A DNA stretch of 64,000 nucleotides, taken from contig JAFQMC010000020.1 in the NCBI GenBank assembly GCA_017421045.1, forward strand, positions 23,391 through 87,390. The letters are read 5' to 3'. The DNA comes from Clostridia bacterium (GTDB taxonomy: Bacteria; Bacillota; Clostridia; Oscillospirales; Acutalibacteraceae). Position 1 is the first letter of the stretch. Every line of letters begins with the position of its first letter. Positions 27,001-34,675 of this stretch are shown in pieces. A program made the translations under genes and the position numbers. The notes beneath the pieces were generated by a model that was given only the letters and a program-made list of their open reading frames with translations, had not been told where the DNA came from and ran no database searches.

Positions 27001-29412
27001 TTGAAATACGATCATAAGATTATCGAGCCTAAGTGGCAAAAAATCTGGGAAGAAAAAGGTGTCTTTGAAGCTAAGGATAATTCTGAGAAAGAAAAATTCT
27101 ACGCTCTTGTAGAATTTCCTTATCCCAGCGGTGCAGGTATGCACGTCGGTCATATTAAAGCATATTCGGGTCTTGAAGTTGTTTCAAGAAAAAGAAGAAT
27201 GGAAGGATACAATGTACTTTTTCCCATTGGCTTTGATGCCTACGGACTTCCCACCGAGAACTATGCTATCAAAACTCGTATTCATCCCAGACAGGTTACT
27301 GATACAAACATCGAAAAGTTCACAAGCCAGCTCAAAAAGGTAGGCTTCTCTTTCGATTGGAACAGAGTTGTCGATACTACAGAAGAAGACTACTATAAAT
27401 GGACACAGTGGATTTTTCTGAAAATGTTTGAACATGGTCTTGCTTTCAGAGACAAGACTCTTGTAAACTACTGTCCTTCATGTAAGGTTGTTCTTTCCAA
27501 TGAGGACTCTCAGGGCGGTAAGTGCGACATTTGCCACAGCGATATCGTCCAGAAATCAAAGGATGTATGGTATCTTCGCATTACCGAATATGCCGACAAA
27601 CTCCTCGAAGGTCTCAAGGATGTTGACTATCTTCCCACAGTTAAGCTTCAGCAGGAGAACTGGATTGGTAAGTCTACAGGCGCATTTGTGAATTTCTCCG
27701 TGAAAGATACAGATGAAACCCTCAGGATTTATACCACACGTCCCGATACCCTGTTCGGTGTTACTTTTATGGTTATGGCACCCGAGCATCCCATGCTTGA
27801 TAAGTACAAGGATATGATTGCCAATTTCGGTGACGTAGAGGCTTACAGAACTGAGTGTGCCAAGAAAACTGAGTTCGAAAGAACACAGCTTGTCAAAGAC
27901 AAAACCGGCGTGAAGCTTGAAGGCTTTGTTGGAATCAATCCCGTCAACGGCAAGGAGATTCCTATTTTTATTTCCGACTACGTAATGATGGGATATGGTA
28001 CCGGTGCAATTATGGCTGTGCCTGCTCATGATCAGAGAGACTATGATTTCGCAAAGAAATTCGGAATTGATATCATCGAGGTAATTAAAGGCGGAGACAT
28101 TTCCGTTGAAGCATACACAGGCGACGGCGAAATGGTCAACTCCGAGTATCTCAATGGATATACTGATAAGAAAAGTTCAATAGCAAGAATGCTTGAGGAG
28201 CTTGAAAAGCAGGGAATAGGCGAAAAAGGCGTTCAGTATAAGATGAAAGACTGGGCATTCAACCGCCAGAGATATTGGGGTGAGCCCATTCCGATTGTTC
28301 ACTGCGAGAAGTGCGGTATGGTAGCTGTTCCTTACGAGGAGCTTCCCTTGAAGCTGCCGAAGGTAGAGAACTTCGAACCCGGTCAGGATGGCGAAAGTCC
28401 TCTTGCAAAGATTGAAGATTTCGTAAATTGCACCTGTCCCAAGTGTGGAGGAAAAGCAAAGAGAGAAACCGACACCATGCCTCAGTGGGCAGGTTCATCA
28501 TGGTATTTCCTCCGCTATATTGATCCTCACAACGATTCAGAGCTTGCCAATATGGAAAAGCTCAGATACTGGATGCCTGTCGATTGGTACAACGGCGGTA
28601 TGGAGCATGTTACACGACACATGATCTATTCTCGTTTCTGGCACAAGTTCTTGTATGACATCGGTGTGGTTCCCTGCGAGGAGCCTTACGCCAAGAGAAC
28701 TGCCCAGGGTCTGATTCTTGGTCCCGACGGCGTCAAAATGAGTAAATCCCGCGGAAACGTTGTTGACCCCAATGAGGTTGTTGACCAGTACGGCGCAGAC
28801 GTACTTCGTACATATGTCTTGTTTATGGGTGACTATGAGCAGGCTGCTCCTTGGTCAGAAAATTCCATGAAGGGTTGTAAGAGATTCATTGACAGAATCT
28901 GGAACCTTCAGGACATCCTTGTAGACGGAGAAGAATTCTCTGATGATCTTTCTTCCGCTTTCCACAAAACTATCAAAAAGGTAAGCGAAGATATCGAGAA
29001 TATGAAGTTCAACACAGCCATAGCAGCCTTGATGACACTTATCAATGCAATATACGCAAAGGGTTCAATCAACAAGGCTGAGCTTAAAGCTTTCGTTCTC
29101 CTTGCTAATCCTTTTGCTCCTCATGTTACCGAGGAAATCAACAGTGCTGTTTTCGATACTGACACTGTTCTTGCACAGACACAGTGGCCTTCATTCGATG
29201 AATCTAAGTGCAAGGACGAAACCATCGAAATAGCTGTTCAGGTTAACGGCAAGATCAAAGCAAGACTCAACGTGCCTGCCGACGCAGAGCAGGATGCTGT
29301 GCTTGCTATGTGCCATGATGACGACAAGGTGAAGAGTGCTATCGGCACCATGAACATCATCAAAGAGTTTTATGTCAAGGGAAAACTTGTTAATATAGTT
29401 GTTAAGCCCTGA
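27001..29412 (+). CDS. leuS: Leucine--tRNA ligase (TTG start)
   Basis: YPSG..HVGH, TTRPDT, GTGAIMAVPAHDQRD, KMSKS, VQVNGK. Confidence 0.96.
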   Translation: MKYDHKIIEPKWQKIWEEKGVFEAKDNSEKEKFYALVEFPYPSGAGMHVGHIKAYSGLEVVSRKRRMEGYNVLFPIGFDAYGLPTENYAIKTRIHPRQVTDTNIEKFTSQLKKVGFSFDWNRVVDTTEEDYYKWTQWIFLKMFEHGLAFRDKTLVNYCPSCKVVLSNEDSQGGKCDICHSDIVQKSKDVWYLRITEYADKLLEGLKDVDYLPTVKLQQENWIGKSTGAFVNFSVKDTDETLRIYTTRPDTLFGVTFMVMAPEHPMLDKYKDMIANFGDVEAYRTECAKKTEFERTQLVKDKTGVKLEGFVGINPVNGKEIPIFISDYVMMGYGTGAIMAVPAHDQRDYDFAKKFGIDIIEVIKGGDISVEAYTGDGEMVNSEYLNGYTDKKSSIARMLEELEKQGIGEKGVQYKMKDWAFNRQRYWGEPIPIVHCEKCGMVAVPYEELPLKLPKVENFEPGQDGESPLAKIEDFVNCTCPKCGGKAKRETDTMPQWAGSSWYFLRYIDPHNDSELANMEKLRYWMPVDWYNGGMEHVTRHMIYSRFWHKFLYDIGVVPCEEPYAKRTAQGLILGPDGVKMSKSRGNVVDPNEVVDQYGADVLRTYVLFMGDYEQAAPWSENSMKGCKRFIDRIWNLQDILVDGEEFSDDLSSAFHKTIKKVSEDIENMKFNTAIAALMTLINAIYAKGSINKAELKAFVLLANPFAPHVTEEINSAVFDTDTVLAQTQWPSFDESKCKDETIEIAVQVNGKIKARLNVPADAEQDAVLAMCHDDDKVKSAIGTMNIIKEFYVKGKLVNIVVKP

Positions 29413-29453
29413 GGACTTTTTCGACAAATTTAATATTAATTCTGTTTTTTCTA

Positions 29454-29482
29454 TTGACATATCAGTCTTAATTATGTATAAT
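29454..29482 (+). promoter_or_regulatory. sigma-A promoter of rpsU
   Basis: TTGACA, 17 nt, TATAAT. Confidence 0.8.
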
Positions 29483-29530
29483 TACAAAAGTATTTTTATA
29501 ATCCCGTAATTCAGATGGGAGGGAAATGAA

Positions 29531-29707
29531 ATGGCAGAAGTTAGATTAAAAGAGAATGAGTCCCTTGAAAATGCTTTGAGAAGATTCAAGAAGCAGTGTG
29601 CAAGAGCTGGCGTTATTGCTGAGGTTCGTAAGAGAGAGGCTTATGAGAAGCCCTCTGTTAGACGTAAGAAGAAATCCGAAGCAGCTCGCAAGCGCAAGTA
29701 TAGGTAA
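29531..29707 (+). CDS. rpsU: 30S ribosomal protein S21 (58 aa, below the ORF-track cutoff)
   Basis: [58 protein letters not shown]. Confidence 0.96.
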   Translation: MAEVRLKENESLENALRRFKKQCARAGVIAEVRKREAYEKPSVRRKKKSEAARKRKYR

Positions 29708-29713
29708 TCTCTT

Positions 29714-29744
29714 AGGCGGACAGCTTTGTACTGTCCGCCTTTTT
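29714..29744 (+). terminator. Intrinsic terminator after rpsU
   Basis: AGGCGGACAG-loop-CTGTCCGCCT plus T run. Confidence 0.8.
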
Positions 29745-29771
29745 ATTTTAAACTCACAAAGGATGGTTAAT

Positions 29772-30845
29772 ATGTCAGATTTTTCAAGCAGAATTTCTCA
29801 TATTGCAGATATGCTGAATCCTTCTGAGGCAGCGCTTGTTACCTCTGATATCAGCATCACATATCTCACTGGCTTTGAACATTCCGAAGGCTATGTACTT
29901 ATAGGCAAAGGCAGGAGTGTTTTTCTTGTTGACTTTAGATATGCAGAGGCAGTTCAAAAATCTGTGAAACATATGGAGGTTGCTGTCTTCAGCAATGTAT
30001 TCGATTCTATCAATGAACTTCTGAAGGATATGCAGATTAGCACTCTGGTTGTTGAGTCATCAGCTGTTACACTATCTCAGTACAATACTTTTTGTGAAAA
30101 GCTCAATGCTGAAGTAAAAAACACAGATGAACTTTCTAAGACAATCACAGACCTGCGTCTTGTAAAAACTGCTGATGAAATCAAAAAGCTTCAGAAAGCT
30201 CAGCAGATTGCAGAGGCCGCCTACCTGGAAGTGCTCAATTTTGTGAAGGTTGGTATCACCGAAAAGGAAATTGCCGCACGGCTTGAGTACCTTATGAAAA
30301 TGAATGGTGCCGAGAGGGTTGCCTTCGACCTCATCACCGTCGCCGGTAAGAACACCTCTTTGCCTCATGGCGTACCCGGTGATACTCAGGTGAGAGAAGG
30401 GGATTTTGTCACTTTCGACATCGGAGCGGTTTATGACGGCTATCATAGTGATATGACTCGTACTGTTGCTGTTGGTTCCGTTTCTGACGAGCAAAGAGAA
30501 ATCTACGATACTGTGCTCAGAGCACATCTTGCAGGACTCAGAGCTGTACGTGCAGGTGTATCCGGTTTTGACGTTGATAAAACATCCCGTGATATTATCA
30601 CCGAGGCTGGCTTCGGTCAGTTCTTCGGTCATTCAACAGGTCATGGTGTAGGTCTCGAGATTCACGAGGCTCCTTATGCAGGTCAGCGCTCAAAAGACAT
30701 ACTCAAAGAGAACATGACTCTCACCGTTGAGCCGGGTATTTATCTGCCCGATAAATTCGGTGTAAGAATAGAAGATACCGTTCTTGTCACTTCTGACGGC
30801 TTTAAAACCTTTGCCACAATGCCAAAGGAATTAATAATTCTTTAA
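29772..30845 (+). CDS. Xaa-Pro aminopeptidase (M24B)
   Basis: DIGA, SDMTRT, HSTGHGVGLEIHEAP, TVEPGIY, GVRIED; start moved to ATG 29772. Confidence 0.9.
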   Translation: MSDFSSRISHIADMLNPSEAALVTSDISITYLTGFEHSEGYVLIGKGRSVFLVDFRYAEAVQKSVKHMEVAVFSNVFDSINELLKDMQISTLVVESSAVTLSQYNTFCEKLNAEVKNTDELSKTITDLRLVKTADEIKKLQKAQQIAEAAYLEVLNFVKVGITEKEIAARLEYLMKMNGAERVAFDLITVAGKNTSLPHGVPGDTQVREGDFVTFDIGAVYDGYHSDMTRTVAVGSVSDEQREIYDTVLRAHLAGLRAVRAGVSGFDVDKTSRDIITEAGFGQFFGHSTGHGVGLEIHEAPYAGQRSKDILKENMTLTVEPGIYLPDKFGVRIEDTVLVTSDGFKTFATMPKELIIL

Positions 30846-30851
30846 TCCCTA

Positions 30852-30881
30852 TTGACAATATATCGGTATTTTATGTATAAT
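30852..30881 (+). promoter_or_regulatory. sigma-A promoter of efp
   Basis: TTGACA, 18 nt, TATAAT. Confidence 0.7.
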
Positions 30882-30936
30882 GTTTAAGGAAATTCGCGGC
30901 TTGTCCGCATAATCAATACTTTTGGAGGAATCATTT

Positions 30937-31494
30937 ATGATATCTGCAGGCGATTTTAGAAATGGCGTTACATTTGAGATGGACGGCCAGGTAGTTTCTA
31001 TTGTAGAGTTTCAGCACGTTAAGCCCGGCAAAGGTGCCGCTTTCGTAAGAACTAAGATCAGAAACGTTATCACCGGTTCCGTTGTTGAAAAGACTTTCAA
31101 CCCCAACGACAAGTACCCCACAGCTTTCATCGAGAGAAAGGACATGGAGTACAGCTACAACGATGGCGATCTCTATTATTTCATGGATACAGAGACATGG
31201 GAGCAGGTTCCCATCAACAAGGACATCCTTGGCGACTCTTTCAAGTTTGTTAAGGAGAACATGGTATGTAAGGTTCTCTCTTACAAGGGCAACGTATTTG
31301 GTGTAGAGCCTCCCAACTTCGTTGAGCTCGTAGTTGCACAGACCGATCCCGGTTTTGCAGGCAACACCGCAACCAACGCTCTTAAGCCCGCAACTCTTGA
31401 GACCGGCGCTGAGATCAAGGTTCCCCTGTTCATCGAGGAAGGCGAGCTGCTCCAGATCGATACACGTACCGGCGAGTATATTGGCCGTGCATAA
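30937..31494 (+). CDS. efp: Elongation factor P
   Basis: [12 protein letters not shown] loop, [13 protein letters not shown]. Confidence 0.97.
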   Translation: MISAGDFRNGVTFEMDGQVVSIVEFQHVKPGKGAAFVRTKIRNVITGSVVEKTFNPNDKYPTAFIERKDMEYSYNDGDLYYFMDTETWEQVPINKDILGDSFKFVKENMVCKVLSYKGNVFGVEPPNFVELVVAQTDPGFAGNTATNALKPATLETGAEIKVPLFIEEGELLQIDTRTGEYIGRA

Positions 31495-31513
31495 TTGAGA
31501 GGTAGGTTTCACT

Positions 31514-31975
31514 ATGACTTTAACTGAGAAAATTGCTTACATCCGCGGTCTCGCTGAGGGACTCAAGCTCGACGAGAGCAAGGACGAAGTAAAGGTTATC
31601 AATGCAATTGTTGATCTTCTCGAGGATATGGCTGACACAGTAGCAGACCTTGAGGAACTTTACGATGAAGCAGTTGACGTTATCGATGAGATCGACGAGG
31701 ATCTTGCAAACCTCGAAGACGACTTCTACGATGACGATTGCGATTGCTGCGACTGCTGTGACTGCGATTGCGACGACGATTACGACTTTGAGGACACAGC
31801 TTACTACGAAGTAACCTGCGGCAAGTGTGGAGAGGTTATCTGCGTTGACGAGGACATCCTCATCGAGGGTGAGATTGAGTGCCCCGAGTGCGGCGAGATT
31901 CTCGAATTCGACTTCAGCGATCTTGAGTTTGACGATGATTGCTGCTGTTGCGGATGCGAAGACGACGCTGAGTAA
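31514..31975 (+). CDS. Acidic Cys-rich protein (CD1247-like N-terminal helix + zinc ribbon)
   Basis: EKIAYIRGLAEG N-terminus, CxxC...CxxC ribbon, Asp/Cys tracts; GAGGTAGG RBS. Confidence 0.75.
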   Translation: MTLTEKIAYIRGLAEGLKLDESKDEVKVINAIVDLLEDMADTVADLEELYDEAVDVIDEIDEDLANLEDDFYDDDCDCCDCCDCDCDDDYDFEDTAYYEVTCGKCGEVICVDEDILIEGEIECPECGEILEFDFSDLEFDDDCCCCGCEDDAE

Positions 31976-31998
31976 TCCCACATAAATATGTCAAGGAC

Positions 31999-32036
31999 AA
32001 CACCTCTTGTGTAAGATACACAGGGGGTGTTTTTTT
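31999..32036 (+). terminator. Terminator of the efp operon, overlapping the yunB RBS
   Basis: AACACCTCTTGTGTA-AGA-TACACAGGGGGTGTT plus T run. Confidence 0.7.
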
Positions 32037-32673
32037 GCGTGCCGCAAGACCAATGAGCCGTTGCTCCAAAAGAATCATTAAGATTGTCTGCATCCTTTTG
32101 GTGCTTTCTGTAGGTGCTTTCTGTCTTTTCGAGTTTAAAGCAAGGGACCTTGTACATAACTTAGTGGATAACGAGCTGGAAATTCACGCGATGAATGCCA
32201 TTGATAATGCGGTATCCGTTGTTCTTAAAAACGCCGAAATTGATTATGACTCCCTTGTTATGGCTTCCCGTGCCGATGACGGAAGCATCACGTCACTACA
32301 GACTAACAGCGCAGAGATAAATATTCTGAAATCACAGCTTTCTCTTGCAGTAACCGAGGAGATTAGAAAAGACCACACAGCATCGGTCGGTGTTCCTGCC
32401 GGAGCTTTTACTGGCCTTGTGTTATTGTCTGACATAGGGCCGGATATAAGAGTTAAGCTTACTCTGGGCGGAAGTGCAGTGACAACAATAAAATCAGAGT
32501 TTAACTCTGCAGGCATTAATCAGACAGTTCATAGAATCTATATGATAGTAGATGCTGATATAAGTCTCACTTGTCCCATTATTGCTTATGAGACAAATGT
32601 GATTTCTGAGTATGAATTGTGCCAGACGGTGATCGTCGGAAGTACACCCCAGTTTTTTGCAGGAAGCAGGTAG
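32035..32673 (+). CDS. yunB: Sporulation protein YunB
   Basis: N-terminal TM; GPDIRV, SEFNSAGINQTVHRIY, VIVGSTP. Confidence 0.85.
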   Translation: MRAARPMSRCSKRIIKIVCILLVLSVGAFCLFEFKARDLVHNLVDNELEIHAMNAIDNAVSVVLKNAEIDYDSLVMASRADDGSITSLQTNSAEINILKSQLSLAVTEEIRKDHTASVGVPAGAFTGLVLLSDIGPDIRVKLTLGGSAVTTIKSEFNSAGINQTVHRIYMIVDADISLTCPIIAYETNVISEYELCQTVIVGSTPQFFAGSR

Positions 32674-32735
32674 CAGTGTTTGTGTCTGATTATAATAATT
32701 ATCCCTATATATTGTATAAAATACTGTTTTAAGGG

Positions 32736-32764
32736 TTGAAATGAATGACGATTTGTGCTATGAT
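32736..32764 (+). promoter_or_regulatory. sigma-A promoter of the miaB-ymcA-mutSL-miaA cluster
   Basis: TTGAAA, 17 nt, TG-n-TATGAT. Confidence 0.6.
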
Positions 32765-32798
32765 ATACGAATAAAATATCACATTGGGGGAGTGTGCC

Positions 32799-34208
32799 CT
32801 GTCTAATTTATATAGTTTTAAAGAAATTCCTGCTGAGCGCCGTGAATATCTCAGTCTCATCGCAGAAATTATGGATATAAGAAAACGTTCCGACGTACCG
32901 CTTGCATATGTACATACCTACGGTTGTCAGCAAAATGTTGCTGATAGCGAAAAAATCAAAGGTATGCTTCATATGGCAGGCTTCGACTTCACAGAGACGC
33001 CTGAGGATGCGGATTTTATACTTTTCAACACCTGTGCAATTCGTGAACATGCCGAAGACAGAGTGTTCGGTAACGTAGGAGCACTTAAAAACATCAAGAG
33101 ACGTCATCCATCCGTCACTATAGCTCTGTGTGGTTGTATGATGGAACAACAAGCCGTCGCAGACCGCATCTATAAAAGCTACCCTTTTGTAAGCCTTGTG
33201 TTCGGAACTCATTCGATTGGCAAGTTTCCTCAGTTACTTTACAACGTATTGGTAGATGGCAAGAGAATATTTGACCGCAATTCCGATGACAATACTATTT
33301 ATGAGGATATCCCCGTACTCCGCGATAAAACTTTCAAGGGTTGGCTTCCGATTATGTACGGATGCGACAACTTTTGTTCGTATTGTATTGTGCCACATGT
33401 TCGCGGACGTGAACGCTCAAGAGATAGTCAGGCTGTAATCGACGAAGCCCGCTCAATGATAGAAGCCGGATATAAAGAAATAACGCTTCTCGGTCAGAAC
33501 GTTAATTCCTACGGCAAAGGACTTGACGAAGACATCACCTTTGCGGAGCTTCTTCGTCGTATTGATAGTATCGAAGGCGACTATATACTACGGTTCATGA
33601 CTTCTCACCCCAAGGATTGTTCCAGAGAACTTATCGACACAATAGCAACATCAAAACATATCTCAAAGCATCTTCACCTGCCTTTTCAGTCGGGAAGCAG
33701 TAAGATTCTGAAAGCTATGAATCGACGTTACACCAGAGAACAGTATCTTAACATCATCCGATACGCTAAAGAAAGAATTCCCGATGTGTCCCTGACAAGT
33801 GATATTATTGTTGGTTTCCCCGGAGAAACATACGAGGATTTTTGCGAGACCCTTTCTCTCATAAAGGAAGTAGAGTTCACATCATTATTTACGTTCATCT
33901 ATTCGCGCCGACCCGGCACACCTGCCGCAACTATGCCTGATGTAGCTACTGACGCGGAAAAAGGCGAGTGGTTTACCGAACTTCTTAAAACTCAGGAAAG
34001 AATAGCTGCAGACAGATGTAAATCCATGGTTGGTTCTACCGAGAGAGTGTTGGTTGAAGAAATCAACGAAAAAACAGGACTCTTGTCCTCCAGAACTTCA
34101 GGCAATATTATTGTTGAAGCCCCGGGAGACCCATCCCTTATAGGAACTTTCCAGACAGCAAAAATAACAGAAGCCCGCAACTGGATACTCAGAGGCGAGT
34201 TTATATAA
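32799..34208 (+). CDS. miaB: tRNA methylthiotransferase MiaB (probable CTG start; TTG 32784 alternative)
   Basis: TYGCQQN, NTCAIRE, CDNFCSYC, SDIIVGFPGET, C-terminal TRAM. Confidence 0.94.
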   Translation: MSNLYSFKEIPAERREYLSLIAEIMDIRKRSDVPLAYVHTYGCQQNVADSEKIKGMLHMAGFDFTETPEDADFILFNTCAIREHAEDRVFGNVGALKNIKRRHPSVTIALCGCMMEQQAVADRIYKSYPFVSLVFGTHSIGKFPQLLYNVLVDGKRIFDRNSDDNTIYEDIPVLRDKTFKGWLPIMYGCDNFCSYCIVPHVRGRERSRDSQAVIDEARSMIEAGYKEITLLGQNVNSYGKGLDEDITFAELLRRIDSIEGDYILRFMTSHPKDCSRELIDTIATSKHISKHLHLPFQSGSSKILKAMNRRYTREQYLNIIRYAKERIPDVSLTSDIIVGFPGETYEDFCETLSLIKEVEFTSLFTFIYSRRPGTPAATMPDVATDAEKGEWFTELLKTQERIAADRCKSMVGSTERVLVEEINEKTGLLSSRTSGNIIVEAPGDPSLIGTFQTAKITEARNWILRGEFI

Positions 34209-34238
34209 TTTGATTTTTAAACTAAAGGAGAAATAAAA

Positions 34239-34640
34239 ATGGATATTATCGAACTTTCAAGAGAACTCGGCAGAAAAATTCAGCAGGAAGAATCCTACAT
34301 TGCTCTGCAGGAGGCAAACAAGGCTGTTGAGGCTGACGAGGCACTGCAGGAGCTTATCGGTGAATTCAATCTTCTGAAGCTTCAGCTTAACGAGAAGCTC
34401 ACTGCCGCTGAGCGTGACGAAGAGCAGATTAAAGAGCTTAACACAAAGATGCGTACCCTTTATGCTGACATTATGGTGAATCCTGCAATGATAAAGCTCA
34501 ACGAGTCAAAGAATACTTTTGATGGTGTTATGCAGCGTGTGTTTGCAATTGTTTCCAATTCCGCAAACGGCGAGGATCCCAACACAACCGACTATCAGGC
34601 TTGCACAGGTAGCTGCAGCACCTGCGGCGGTTGCCACTGA
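34239..34640 (+). CDS. YmcA/YlbF (Ric)-family helical protein with Cys-rich tail
   Basis: All-helical 133 aa, ends CTGSCSTCGGCH; miaB-X-mutSL synteny. Confidence 0.7.
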   Translation: MDIIELSRELGRKIQQEESYIALQEANKAVEADEALQELIGEFNLLKLQLNEKLTAAERDEEQIKELNTKMRTLYADIMVNPAMIKLNESKNTFDGVMQRVFAIVSNSANGEDPNTTDYQACTGSCSTCGGCH

Positions 34641-34675
34641 TAATATACTACTTTAATAGCAAGGAGGTGTAGCAA

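Noticed and set aside
29598-29771. N-terminal extension of the Xaa-Pro peptidase ORF
   Set aside because: Overlaps rpsU in another frame and its terminator; real start is most likely ATG 29772
30931-31981. Antisense ORFs mirroring efp and the Cys-rich gene (also 44778-46067 and 55029-55730)
   Set aside because: Expected shadow ORFs from codon bias in highly expressed genes; no recognisable motifs
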